NCBI GenBank assembly: GCA_035514295.1 | Contig: DATKBB010000021.1 | Coordinates: 10,460 to 74,459, forward strand | Length of the DNA: 64,000 nt | Direction of reading: 5' to 3' | Source: Candidatus Limnocylindria bacterium | Lineage (GTDB): Bacteria; Chloroflexota; Limnocylindria; Limnocylindrales; CSP1-4 | Part shown: one piece after another, positions 45,858-55,327 of the stretch | How positions within the stretch are numbered: the first letter of the stretch is position 1 | Layout: each line of letters opens with the position of its first letter | Translations under genes and position numbers: made by a program | Notes under the pieces: generated by a model | Databases searched by the model: none | Told to the model about the DNA's origin: nothing | Seen by the model: the letters and a program-made list of their open reading frames with translations, nothing else

Positions 45858-46340
45858 ATGACCGAAGTGGCAGACGCCCTGCGCACCCCCGGCGTCGTGC
45901 TCAGCACGCGCGAGATCGAGCGGCTCATACCGCACCGCTGGCCGTTCCTGCTGGTCGACCGGATCGTCGAGTACGACCCGGGGCGCGGCTACCTTCGGGG
46001 CGAGAAGGGCGTAACCGCCACGGAGTGGTTCTTCCAGGGCCACTTCCCGGGCCTGCCGGTCATGCCCGGTGTGATGCAGGTCGAGGCCCTGGCGCAGACG
46101 ATGGCCGTGTACGTCGCGCAGCAGGACGGTTTCGGCGACCGCCTGGGCTTGTTTGCCGGTATCGAGGAGTGCCGCTTCAAGCGCGTCGTTCAGCCCGGCG
46201 ACCGGCTCAGCCTGGAAGTGACCATGGAGAAGCTCGGTCGTCGCTTTGGTCGGGGACGGGGCGTGGCCAGCGTGGACGGCGAGGTCGCCTGCGAGGCGCT
46301 GATCTCGTTCGTCATCCCGGCTGCGGGGGTGGTGCGCTGA
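45858..46340 (+). CDS. fabZ: 3-hydroxyacyl-ACP dehydratase FabZ
   Basis: ATG at 45858 follows GGAGGA. LIPHRWPFLLVDRI..., FFQGHFPG.PVMPGV...EALAQ. Confidence 0.9.
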   Translation: MTEVADALRTPGVVLSTREIERLIPHRWPFLLVDRIVEYDPGRGYLRGEKGVTATEWFFQGHFPGLPVMPGVMQVEALAQTMAVYVAQQDGFGDRLGLFAGIEECRFKRVVQPGDRLSLEVTMEKLGRRFGRGRGVASVDGEVACEALISFVIPAAGVVR

Positions 46341-47104
46341 TGGCCCAGCGGTTGGCCGTCCTGTCGGACATCCACGGCAACGTGGCCGCACTAGAGGCTG
46401 CGCTGAAGGACATCAAGCGCCACAAGCCGGACCGCCTATTGATCTGCGGCGACCTGGTGATGAACGGTCCTCGCCCACGCGAGGTCGTCCAGCGCGTGCG
46501 CGAGCTCGAGGCCGACGGCGCGCTGGTGGTGCAGGGCAACACGGACATCGCGGTCGCCGACTTCGACTTCGCGGCAGCCTTCCCGTGGCTGGAGGAGGTG
46601 CCGGCAGCCCAGCGGGCGGCGGCCGAGTGGACCCACGACGAGCTGGCCGACGACGAGCTGGACTACCTGCGCCGGCTGCCGGCCGAGCGGCGGCTGTGGG
46701 CGGCCGACTCGTTGGTGCTGACCTGTCACGGCTCACCCGGCAGCCAGACCAACGGCCTGCCGCTCGACCTGGACCCCAGCGTGACCGTCGAGCGCGTGAC
46801 CCGCACCGACGCGCGGGTCATCGCCTGCGGTCACACGCACGTCGCCGATGTCCGAGAGCTGGGTCGCAAGCTGATCGTCAACCCGGGCTCGTGCGGTTAC
46901 GCCTTCGATGGAGATCCGGCGGCGTGCTGGGCGCTGCTCACGCTGCCCGACTCCGACGTTCAGGGAGACGACGACCAGCCATCCGCCGAGCTCTACCGGC
47001 CGGCCTATGACGCGCAGGCTGTAGCCGAGGAGGTCTCTGCCCGCGGCGTTGCCGGCGACGTCTATCGGGCCGCCACTATTCGCACGGGCCGGCTGGTGCG
47101 ATGA
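46340..47104 (+). CDS. metallophosphoesterase family protein (YfcE/MJ0936-like)
   Basis: ATG at 46340 overlaps the fabZ stop (TGATG). LAVLSDIHGN, ICGDLV, QGNTD, ACGHTH motifs. Its stop overlaps the fabF ATG (ATGA). Confidence 0.8.
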   Translation: MAQRLAVLSDIHGNVAALEAALKDIKRHKPDRLLICGDLVMNGPRPREVVQRVRELEADGALVVQGNTDIAVADFDFAAAFPWLEEVPAAQRAAAEWTHDELADDELDYLRRLPAERRLWAADSLVLTCHGSPGSQTNGLPLDLDPSVTVERVTRTDARVIACGHTHVADVRELGRKLIVNPGSCGYAFDGDPAACWALLTLPDSDVQGDDDQPSAELYRPAYDAQAVAEEVSARGVAGDVYRAATIRTGRLVR

Positions 47105-48363
47105 GCCGGCGACGGCGGGTGGTGGTGACGGGCATGGGCTGCGTCACGCCGCTGGGCAACGACGTGCCGACCTTCTGGGCAGGCCTGGTCGAGGGCCGGT
47201 CCGGCGTGCGCCCCACCCAGTCGTTCGATCCGGCCCGGATCACCAGCCGCATCGCCGGCGAGGTGCAGGACTTCGACGCTTCGGCCGTGCTGGATCGCAA
47301 GGAGCTGCGGCGCAACGATCGCTACACACAGTTCGCACTGGTGGCCGCGCGCGAGGCGCTGGATTCGGCGGGCTTGCCGGAGCGGCTCGAAGGCGAGCTG
47401 GCCGAGGCGACCGGCGCGATCGTCGCCTCCGGGCTCGGTGGCACGGGCACGCTCATCGAGCAGATCAGCATCAGCGCGACACGCGGGCCGGACCGCGTCT
47501 CGCCCTTCTTCGTGCCTATGGGCATCGCCAACATGGCCTCCGGCCAGGTGGCCATCTCGTTCGGCGCCCAAGGGCCCAACTTCTCGACCGTCAGCGCCTG
47601 CGCCAGCGGTGGCCACGCCCTGGGCGAGGCGGCCGAGACGATCCTGCGCGGCGACGCCGAGATGATGCTCGCCGGGGGTTCGGAGACACCCGTGTACGAG
47701 GCGCTGGTCGCCGGTTTCGCAGCGATGCGCGCACTCTCCACGCGCAACGACGACCCCAGCGGCGCCAGCCGGCCCTTCGACGAGGGCCGCGACGGCTTCG
47801 TGATTGCCGAGGGCGCCGGCGTGCTCGTGCTGGAGGAGCTGGGCCATGCCCAGCGCCGCGACGCGCCCGTCCTGGCCGAGCTGCTGGGCTACGGCGCCAC
47901 GGCCGACGCCGTGCACATCACGCTGCCCGCCCCGGGCGGCATGGGCGGCGTCCGCGCCGCGCGGCGCGCACTGGCCAAGGCGGGCATCGGCGCCGACGAA
48001 GTCGATCACGTCAACGCCCATGCCACGGCGACGCCGGAGGGCGACCCGGCCGAGCTGAGCGCCTTCCAGACCATCTTCGGCGAGCACGCCGCCAGGGTCA
48101 GCATCACGGCCACCAAGGGCGCCATCGGGCACACGCTGGGCGCGGCGGGCGCGCTTGGCTCCATCGCGGCCATCTGCGCCATGCGCGACGGCTGCGTGCC
48201 GCCCACGCTGAACCTGACCGACCCGTCGCCGGCCGTGGGTGAGCTCGACTGCACGCCGCTGGTGGCCAAGCGCCGTTCGTTGGACACGGCGCTGGTCAAC
48301 GCGTTCGGCTTCGGCGGCCAGAACTCGGCGCTGCTGCTGCGCCGCTGGGCGAACGGGGCGTGA
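47101..48363 (+). CDS. fabF: beta-ketoacyl-ACP synthase II
   Basis: RRVVVTGMG..TPLG, active-site ...STVSACASG..., ...NAHATATPEGD..., ...GHTLGAAG..., NAFGFGGQNS. Confidence 0.9.
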   Translation: MSRRRRVVVTGMGCVTPLGNDVPTFWAGLVEGRSGVRPTQSFDPARITSRIAGEVQDFDASAVLDRKELRRNDRYTQFALVAAREALDSAGLPERLEGELAEATGAIVASGLGGTGTLIEQISISATRGPDRVSPFFVPMGIANMASGQVAISFGAQGPNFSTVSACASGGHALGEAAETILRGDAEMMLAGGSETPVYEALVAGFAAMRALSTRNDDPSGASRPFDEGRDGFVIAEGAGVLVLEELGHAQRRDAPVLAELLGYGATADAVHITLPAPGGMGGVRAARRALAKAGIGADEVDHVNAHATATPEGDPAELSAFQTIFGEHAARVSITATKGAIGHTLGAAGALGSIAAICAMRDGCVPPTLNLTDPSPAVGELDCTPLVAKRRSLDTALVNAFGFGGQNSALLLRRWANGA

Positions 48364-48830
48364 TGACCGACGAAGCGCAGCCGCAGGGCATGGAATTGCT
48401 CGAGCTGATCGACCGCCTGGAGCAGCTGCTGCTGCGCTCCGAGCTTGACGAGCTGGAGGTGGAGGCGGCGGGCATCGGCCTGCTGCTGCGCAGTCCTTCG
48501 GCCGTGGCGGCGATGATGCCCGCCGGGGGCCCGTCGGCCGCCGCCGGCGGGGGGGTTGCCCAAGCTGCCGAGCCGGAGCCGGAGTCGGCGCGCAGCCATG
48601 CCGTGCTGGCGCCGCTGACCGGCCTCTTCTACACCGCCCCCTCGCCCGGCGCCGAACCGTACGTGCGGGAGGGGGCCGAAATTCACGTCGGCCAGGTAAT
48701 CGGGCTGATCGAGGCGATGAAGCTGTTCAACGAGATCAAGAGCGACATAGCCGGCCGCGTGGTGCGCTACTGCGTCGAGACGGGCGCCCTGGTGAAGGCC
48801 AAGCAGCCGCTCATCGAGGTGGAGCCATGA
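48360..48830 (+). CDS. accB: acetyl-CoA carboxylase biotin carboxyl carrier protein (canonical, with biotinyl-Lys)
   Basis: C-terminal ...VGQVIGLIEAMKLFNEIKSDIAGRVV... with the EAMK motif. GTG 48360 or ATG 48363 overlaps the fabF stop. Confidence 0.9.
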   Translation: MMTDEAQPQGMELLELIDRLEQLLLRSELDELEVEAAGIGLLLRSPSAVAAMMPAGGPSAAAGGGVAQAAEPEPESARSHAVLAPLTGLFYTAPSPGAEPYVREGAEIHVGQVIGLIEAMKLFNEIKSDIAGRVVRYCVETGALVKAKQPLIEVEP

Positions 48831-50008
48831 ACCCCAAGAGCGTGCGCATCAGCGGCTGGGGCATGTACGCGCCGGAGCGCGTGCTGACCAACGCCGAGCT
48901 GGAGCGCGTAGTCGACACGAACGACGAGTGGATCCGCCAGCGCACGGGCATCCGCGAGCGGCGCATCGCCGCGCCGCACGAGACCACAGCCACGCTGTCG
49001 GCGATTGCCGGCAAGCGGGCCATCGCCGTGGCCGGCCTCCAGCCGGACGACATCGACGTCATCCTGGTGGCGACGCTCACGCCCGACTACTGGATGCCCT
49101 CGACCGGCGCGCTGGTCAAGGAGGCCATCGGTAACACGACCGCCGCCGCCATGGACGTCATGGCCGCCTGCTCCGGGTTCGTCTACGCGTACTCGGCGGC
49201 CGACGCTTACCTCCGCTCGGGCATGTTCAAGCATGCGCTGGTCATCGGCGCCGAGACGCTCTCCCGCTTCCTCGACTTCTCGGATCGCTCGACCTGCATC
49301 CTGTTCGGGGACGGGGCAGGCGCGGTGGTGCTCTCCGCCTCCGACGAGGAGGGCGGCGGCATGGCCGGCCTGCACATGACCACCGATCCCGACGGCGCCT
49401 ACATGATCTGGCTGCCCTCGGGCGGCGCGCGCTCGCCGGTCTCCGGTCAGACGCTGGCCCGTGGCGAGCACTTCGTACGCATGGAAGGGAAAGAGACGTA
49501 CCGCTACGCCACCAAGACGCTGGCCTCGACGGCGCTGAAGGCGATCGAGCGGGCCGGCTGGCAGCCGGGCGACATCGACCTGTTCATCCCCCACCAGGCC
49601 AACGTGCGCATCATCGAGTCGGTGGCCAAGGGCCTCGACCTGCCGATGGACAAGATGTTCGTCAACGTCGATCGCTACGGGAATACGTCTGCCGCGTCGG
49701 TGGGCATCGCGCTGGCCGAGGCGGTCGACTCGGGGCGCATCAAGGTTGGTGACAAGATCGTGCTGGTCGCCTTCGGGGCCGGGCTGACCAGCGGCGCGGT
49801 GGCGCTGGAGTGGACGGCCGATCCGCGCTGCGGCGAGCGGGCGCTGGCCGTTGAGCCGCGGGCCAGCGTGCGGGAGCCCGTCGACTGGAGCTCTGTCGAT
49901 CCGATTCCCGATCGGCTGAAGCAGGTCCTGGAGGGTGGCCCGCCGACGCCGCTGGACGACGTCGTGCCGGGCGAGCCCCAGCCCGCCTCGCGCGAGATCC
50001 CGGCCTGA
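48827..50008 (+). CDS. fabH: beta-ketoacyl-ACP synthase III, with a roughly 60-aa C-terminal extension
   Basis: ATGA overlap with accB. ...TNDEWIRQRTGIRERR..., active-site AACSGF, ...IPHQANVRII..., ...YGNTSAAS.... Confidence 0.9.
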   Translation: MNPKSVRISGWGMYAPERVLTNAELERVVDTNDEWIRQRTGIRERRIAAPHETTATLSAIAGKRAIAVAGLQPDDIDVILVATLTPDYWMPSTGALVKEAIGNTTAAAMDVMAACSGFVYAYSAADAYLRSGMFKHALVIGAETLSRFLDFSDRSTCILFGDGAGAVVLSASDEEGGGMAGLHMTTDPDGAYMIWLPSGGARSPVSGQTLARGEHFVRMEGKETYRYATKTLASTALKAIERAGWQPGDIDLFIPHQANVRIIESVAKGLDLPMDKMFVNVDRYGNTSAASVGIALAEAVDSGRIKVGDKIVLVAFGAGLTSGAVALEWTADPRCGERALAVEPRASVREPVDWSSVDPIPDRLKQVLEGGPPTPLDDVVPGEPQPASREIPA

Positions 50009-50036
50009 GCGCCGTCCAGCCGCGCTTCCGCCACTT

Positions 50037-50837
50037 GGTGGGCTGTGTCGACGTTACGCCGGGCGGAGGGCGCGCTGGCTGTCGCGTCGCCGCTCAAGAG
50101 CCTACGACCGAGCGTGGACGCGGCTTGCGCACGCGCCGAACGGCTGACGGATTGCGCGTAGTGCCGGTGGGCCCGACACCTGATAGAAACCAGATGCCGC
50201 CGATGGGCTCGGCGGGGTCGCGTAGCCAAGCCCGCAACCGGAGCGACCTCGCCGGGAGTGCCGCGCTCAGCGCCTGCATGTGGCGCTCGACAGCCCGCCG
50301 CGCCGTACGGTCGTCGGGCAGGACGAGCATCCGGCCGACGGGATCGCGGCTGCCAGCCGAAACGCTCTCGCGCGAGCTTGGGCGCTAACCGGCATTTGAT
50401 GTCCAACGGCCGCAGCGTCCCCTCGATCGAGCCCAGCTCCGACTTCACCTCGACCACGAGCAAGGCCCGAAACGCCGGGTGCCAGGCGAGGATGTCGATC
50501 GAACCTCGTTTACCGTACTCGGAGAACGACACTTCGACGCGTACCTCCCAGCCGTAGCGGCGGAGCAGGGCAACGAGCAGCGCCACCAGCCTAGCGTGCT
50601 GTTCGTCTAGCAGCCGGTCGCCCGCCGCGCCGTGATGTCGGGCCGACACGACCGGCCGCGCGTCGAGCGCCGCGAGGCAGTTCTCCACTTCGCCGACGCG
50701 AAGGTGCGATAGCTCGCCTGCCTCCACTTGCCTATCTTCCAGCGGCCCACTCCGCTCGACGCAGCTAGTTCGGCCTGCGTCATCTGCGAGCGATGGCGCA
50801 GCATCCGAAGCATTCGCCCGACCCTTCGGCCGTACAT
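50037..50837 (-). pseudogene. decayed XRE-HTH / endonuclease-like regulator gene (two frameshifts, probable premature stop)
   Basis: The protein is recoverable from three reverse frames: MYGRRVGRMLRMLRHRSQMTQAELAASSGVGRWKIGK | VEAGELSHLRVGEVENCLAALDARPVV...YGWEVRVEVSFSEYGKRGSIDILAWHPAFRALLVVEVKSELGSIEGTLRPLDIKCRLAPKLARERFGWQP | VGRMLVLPDDRTARRAVERHMQALSAALPARSLRLRAWLRDPAEPIGGIWFLS... The frame changes are near 50728 and 50355. Confidence 0.65.
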
Positions 50838-50919
50838 CGTCCGATGATGCGTTGAGGCACTTGCCCACGACTTACGTGCGGTGTGTTCCCGGGAGGGGCG
50901 TCGTGGTGTCTGTTGGGCG

Positions 50920-51110
50920 TCACTTTGTGTCACTTGTCGGCTGGGTCGACCTTACGCGGGTCTGAACGCCGGATGGGGTCGCGCCGCCGCTCACAGCGCG
51001 GCCACCTGAGCGTGGATGTCCCTGCCACAGCCGCTGAAACGCTGACGGATCCGGCTTAGTGCCGGTGGAGCCGACACCTGACACAAATGAAACCCGGCGG
51101 GTGCCGCAGT
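50920..51110 (-). pseudogene. 3'-terminal remnant of a second copy of the same gene family (direct repeat of 50037..50215)
   Basis: DNA blocks are shared with 50037-50215 (gtcgac.ttacgc, gagcgtgga, gctgacggat, tagtgccggtgg.gcccgacacctga). It encodes ...VSFVSGVGSTGTKPDPSA...STQPT, against ...IWFLSGVGPTGTTRNPSA...STQPT in the first copy. Confidence 0.4.
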
Positions 51111-51183
51111 GCGCGAGTGCCGCCCATGGAGGATGGCCGCTGAAGTCGGTCACGCGGCGTTCGTGCTCGCTAAACTCGCGGGC

Positions 51184-51933
51184 ATGATCGACTTATCGGG
51201 CAAGTCCGCTCTGGTCACCGGCGGCTCGCGCGGAATAGGCCGAGCCATCGTGCTCCGCCTGGCCCAGCAGGGCGCGGACGTCTGCTTCTCGTACCGTGGC
51301 AATGCTGCCGCGGCCGAGGAGACGGCCGGCCAGGTCACCGCGCTCGGTCGCAGGGCCCTCGCCGAGCAGGCCGACGTGACCGACCCCGAGGCGGCCGAAC
51401 GGCTGGTCAAGGCGGCCCTGGAGGCCTTCGGCAAGGTAGACATCCTGGTCAACAATGCGGGCATCACGCGCGACGATCTGATCATGCGCATGACCCCCGA
51501 GAAGTGGCGCGAGGTGCTCGAGACGAACCTGTTCGGCGCCTTCTACACGCTCAAGGCGGTTACCCGCCCGATGCTCCGCGCCAAGAGCGGGCGGATCATC
51601 AATATCACTTCGGTCTCTGGGCAGGCGGGCCAGGAGGGACAGGCGAATTATTCGTCGGCCAAGGCAGGGCTGATCGGCCTGACGAAGGCCTCCGCGCGCG
51701 AGCTGGCCTCGCGCGGCATAACCGTCAATGCGGTCGCGCCGGGCTTCGTGCTGACCGAGCTCACCCAGGAGCTCCCCGAGCGGTTGCTGGACATGGTCAA
51801 GGAACGAACGCCGCTGGGCCGCTTCGGGACGCCTGAAGAGGTCGCCCAGGCGGTCGCGTTCCTGGCCTCCGACGAGGCCGCTTACATCACCGGCCAAGTG
51901 CTCGCCGTCGACGGCGGCCTGGTCATGATGTGA
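51184..51933 (+). CDS. fabG: 3-oxoacyl-ACP reductase FabG
   Basis: ATG at 51184. KSALVTGGSRGIGRAI, NNAG, catalytic S...YSSAKAG, ...GITVNAVAPGF. Confidence 0.9.
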   Translation: MIDLSGKSALVTGGSRGIGRAIVLRLAQQGADVCFSYRGNAAAAEETAGQVTALGRRALAEQADVTDPEAAERLVKAALEAFGKVDILVNNAGITRDDLIMRMTPEKWREVLETNLFGAFYTLKAVTRPMLRAKSGRIINITSVSGQAGQEGQANYSSAKAGLIGLTKASARELASRGITVNAVAPGFVLTELTQELPERLLDMVKERTPLGRFGTPEEVAQAVAFLASDEAAYITGQVLAVDGGLVMM

Positions 51934-51949
51934 TCCCTGCCCAACCCCG

Positions 51950-52522
51950 TCAGACGGCGCCCCGCACACCCGCGACGTGGTCGAGGACCGTCCGGGCGTT
52001 CTGCTCGACCGTCCGGCCGACCGTCTCCAGGCTCAGCTCAGGGGAGAGCGGCGGCTCGTAGGGATCCGCCACGCCGGTCATGCGCTCGACCTCGCCGCGT
52101 GCCGAGGCGGCGTAGAGGCCCTTGACGTCGCGCTCCCTGACGACGTCGAGCGGCGTGTCCACGAAGATCTCGACGAAGGCTCCCTCGCCGCCGGCCGCGT
52201 CGACCAGCGCACGCACCTCGTCGCGCGTGGCGCGGTAAGGGCTGACCAGCGCGCAGACCACCGTGCCGCCGTGGCGGACGACCTCCGCGGCGACGAAACC
52301 CACGCGTCGAACGTTCTCGTCACGGTCCTCGCGGCTGAAGCCAAGGCCTCTCGAGAGGTGCGTGCGGACGACGTCGCCGTCGAGCACCGTGACGGCCTCA
52401 CCCTCGCTCTCGAGCAACTCGACGAGCCGCTGCGCAGTGGTCGTCTTGCCCGAGCCCGAGAGACCGGTGAACCAGACGCACACGCCTCGCCTGCGGCGCT
52501 GAGCGTGAGAGTGGGAGGTCAC
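51950..52522 (-). CDS. cysC: adenylyl-sulfate (APS) kinase
   Basis: GTG at 52522. WFTGLSGSGKTT P-loop, LDGDVVR..L...LGFS.EDR.ENVRR. It is only the C-terminal part of track ORF 51950..52912. Confidence 0.85.
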   Translation of the reverse strand: MTSHSHAQRRRRGVCVWFTGLSGSGKTTTAQRLVELLESEGEAVTVLDGDVVRTHLSRGLGFSREDRDENVRRVGFVAAEVVRHGGTVVCALVSPYRATRDEVRALVDAAGGEGAFVEIFVDTPLDVVRERDVKGLYAASARGEVERMTGVADPYEPPLSPELSLETVGRTVEQNARTVLDHVAGVRGAV

Positions 52523-52564
52523 GGGCAGGCAGTCTATCAGCCGTGCGCTGCTATTCTCGGCCCG

Positions 52565-53974
52565 ATGGAGCTGCGCCAGTACGTGATCAAGGGGCTGGGC
52601 CACATCAGCGCCCTGATCGCAGACGACGCGGCCGGCATGGCCGCCGTCGTGGACCCGCGACGCGACGTCGACATCTACCTGCGCGAGACCGGCGAGTCCG
52701 GCCTGCGCATCAGCCACGTCGTCGAGACGCACCTGCACAACGACTATGTGTCGGGCGCGCGCGAGCTGGCCGCGCTGACCGGCGCGCGCCACGTCATTGG
52801 TGCCGGCGCGGAGTTGGGCCACGAGCACGAGGGCCTGCGCCACGGCGCCGAGTTCGACGTGGGCCCCTTGCGCTTCCGCGCACTGGACACGCCCGGCCAC
52901 ACGCCCGAGCACGTGGCCTACTCGGTCGCCGACCGCAGCCGCGCGGACGAGCCGGCACTGCTCTTCACGGGCGGCTCACTGCTCGTCGGCGCAGTTGGCC
53001 GGACCGATCTGCTGGGCGCCGAGAGGGCCGAGGAGTACGCCCGCCAGATGCACGGCTCGCTCCACGAACACTTGCTGGTCCACGAGGACTACGTCGGCGT
53101 GCTGCCCACCCACGGCGGCGGCTCGCTCTGCTCAAAGGACATCTCGACCACGCCCAGCAGCACGCTGGGCTACGAGCGCCGGCACAACGGCCTGCTGGGC
53201 ATCTCGGAGGTGGAGGACTTCGTGCGCGCGCTGTTGCAGGATCAGCCGGCCTATCCGCGCTACTTCGCCCGCATGCGACCGATCAACAAGGCCGGCCCGG
53301 CGCCGCTGGGCAGCATCTCGCCGCCTGTGCCCATGAGCGCCGGCGAGGCGCGCGCGCTGCTGGCCGAGGGCGGCCTGGCCGTCGACCTGCGTGCTTACGG
53401 CGAGTACGCCCAGGCTCACTTGCCGGGCGCCCTCTCCATCCCGGCAGGCAGCTCGTTCGGGACCTGGCTGGGCTGGGTCGTGCCCCACGACCGCCCGCTC
53501 CTGCTGGTGCTGCGCGGCCCCGAGCAATGGGACGACGCCCTGCGTCAGGCATTGCGTATAGGCCACGAGAACGTGCGCGGCTACCTGCACGGCGGCATGG
53601 CCGCCTGGCTGGACGCCGGCGGCGAGGTGGAGCACAGCGGCACGGCGACCGTGGGCCAGCTGGGCGAGTGGCTGGCGGCACGAAACGGGAAGCGCGGCGC
53701 CGGGCCGCCCCTTGTCATCGACGTGCGCCAGCGCGACGAGTACGAGCGCGGGCACGTGCCGGGCGCGCTGCACATCATGGCCGGCGAGCTGCCCCAGCGG
53801 CTGGCCGAGCTGCCCCGCGATCGGCCGTTGGTGACGATCTGTGCGGCCGGCTACCGCAGCGGCGTGGCAGCCGGCCTGCTGCGCCAGGCCGGCTTCGAGG
53901 ACGTCACGTCGGTGGCCGGCGGCGTGCCTGCCTGGCGCGCGGCCGGCCTGCCCACCGAGCGAGGCACGGAATAA
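52565..53974 (+). CDS. MBL-fold metallo-hydrolase fused to two rhodanese-like domains
   Basis: ATG at 52565. ETHLHNDYVSG, DTPGHTPEH, then two rhodanese-like modules, the second with the active-site loop ICAAGYRSG. Confidence 0.85.
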   Translation: MELRQYVIKGLGHISALIADDAAGMAAVVDPRRDVDIYLRETGESGLRISHVVETHLHNDYVSGARELAALTGARHVIGAGAELGHEHEGLRHGAEFDVGPLRFRALDTPGHTPEHVAYSVADRSRADEPALLFTGGSLLVGAVGRTDLLGAERAEEYARQMHGSLHEHLLVHEDYVGVLPTHGGGSLCSKDISTTPSSTLGYERRHNGLLGISEVEDFVRALLQDQPAYPRYFARMRPINKAGPAPLGSISPPVPMSAGEARALLAEGGLAVDLRAYGEYAQAHLPGALSIPAGSSFGTWLGWVVPHDRPLLLVLRGPEQWDDALRQALRIGHENVRGYLHGGMAAWLDAGGEVEHSGTATVGQLGEWLAARNGKRGAGPPLVIDVRQRDEYERGHVPGALHIMAGELPQRLAELPRDRPLVTICAAGYRSGVAAGLLRQAGFEDVTSVAGGVPAWRAAGLPTERGTE

Positions 53975-54072
53975 CCGGCCCGGGGGGCGTGCCGGAGCGG
54001 TGCGCGGGCGCCGCCGGACTGGTACCAATGGTCCTCGACAAGGTCCACGCCCTGCAGCGATCCTAGCCGGCC

Positions 54073-55311
54073 ATGGCTGAGCAACTACGCCCGCCGCCGG
54101 AGCAATCGCCCGAAGTACTCGCCGAGCAGCAGCTGGGCCGGGCCCGCCTGGCGGCCTCCATCGCACTCTTCGTGCTGGCCGCCGGCGTGGTGACGGCACT
54201 CCTTCGCCAGCCGGGTGATGGGCTGGTGCTGGTGCAGGTCGTGGCGCTGGCCGCCTTCGCCGCCGCGCTGGGCGTACAGGTGATCATCGGCCGGCGGCTG
54301 GCCCGCCGGCGCGACGCCCGTGAGCAGGGCTTCACGCGCATGCTCCAGGGCCTGTCGCGCTCGCTCTCTGCCGAGGCGATCGTGCAGGCCATCGTCGACG
54401 AGCTGCGCCGTGCCGCGGACGCCGACCACGTCATCGTCGCGCGCGTCCGGCCGGCGGAGCGGGTGGTCGAGACGACGCTGGTCTCGAGCAGCGCACAGGT
54501 GCCGACATCGCGCACGATCCTGCCGCTCAGCGTGCTCGATCCGGCGGCTGCCAGCAGCGGCCGGCGGTCGGGATCGGCGCGCGGCCGATCGCCCGAGCAG
54601 ATGGTGGCCGACGAGCTCGCTGCCCGGCTGCGCCGCGCCTACGGCCTGCCGCGCACGCTTGCCTCGCCGCTGGTGGCCGACGAGCGTATCGTCGGCGCGC
54701 TGATGCTCTCGCGCCGCCAGGAGCGGCCCTGGACGGCCGCCGACCGGAGACTGCTGAGCTGGTCGGCGCACGAGTTGTCGGCGGCCCTGGCCCGCGCCTA
54801 CGCCTTCGAGGAGGCGGAGAGCCGGGCCAACATCGACGCGCTCACCGGCCTGCCCAATCGGCGCTATCTCGAGGAGCTCATCGCGGTTGTCGAGCCGCGC
54901 CGCCGGGCCGGCGATAGCGTGGGTGCGCTGATGATCGACATCGACCACTTCAAGCGGCTCAACGACCGCTACGGTCACGCGACCGGCGACCAGGTGCTGC
55001 GCGCCGTGGGCGAGCAGATCCAGGCCGCCGTGCGAACGGAGGACACGCCCGCCCGCTACGGCGGCGAAGAGTTTGCCGTCGTGCTGCGCCGGGCGAACGC
55101 CGAACAGGCTCTGGAGGTGGCCGAGCGAGTCCGGCAGGCCATCGCCGGCATTCCGCCGCGCGAGCTGGGCACGCGCGATCCCATCAGCGTGTCGGTCGGG
55201 GTGGCGGTCTCCGGCGCGCAGGACGGCGACGTGGGCGCACTGCTCCAGTCGGCCGACGCCGCGCTCTACCGCGCCAAGCGCTACGGCCGAAACCGCGTCG
55301 TTCTGGCCTGA
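54073..55311 (+). CDS. diguanylate cyclase (2 TM segments, GAF-like domain, GGDEF domain)
   Basis: DALTGLPNRRYL..., ...DIDHFKRLND.YGH..GD.VL, active site RYGGEEF. No RxxD I-site motif seen 5 residues upstream of GGEEF (the sequence is EDTPARYGGEEF). Confidence 0.85.
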   Translation: MAEQLRPPPEQSPEVLAEQQLGRARLAASIALFVLAAGVVTALLRQPGDGLVLVQVVALAAFAAALGVQVIIGRRLARRRDAREQGFTRMLQGLSRSLSAEAIVQAIVDELRRAADADHVIVARVRPAERVVETTLVSSSAQVPTSRTILPLSVLDPAAASSGRRSGSARGRSPEQMVADELAARLRRAYGLPRTLASPLVADERIVGALMLSRRQERPWTAADRRLLSWSAHELSAALARAYAFEEAESRANIDALTGLPNRRYLEELIAVVEPRRRAGDSVGALMIDIDHFKRLNDRYGHATGDQVLRAVGEQIQAAVRTEDTPARYGGEEFAVVLRRANAEQALEVAERVRQAIAGIPPRELGTRDPISVSVGVAVSGAQDGDVGALLQSADAALYRAKRYGRNRVVLA

Positions 55312-55327
55312 CGGGCATCATTCAGGC

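Noticed and set aside
50035-50388. 117-aa plus-strand ORF after fabH, and the 397-aa minus ORF 49675..50868
   Set aside because: The plus ORF is the antisense shadow of the decayed HTH/nuclease gene. The 397-aa ORF runs antisense into fabH and only its middle segment is genuine, as one frame of the pseudogene.
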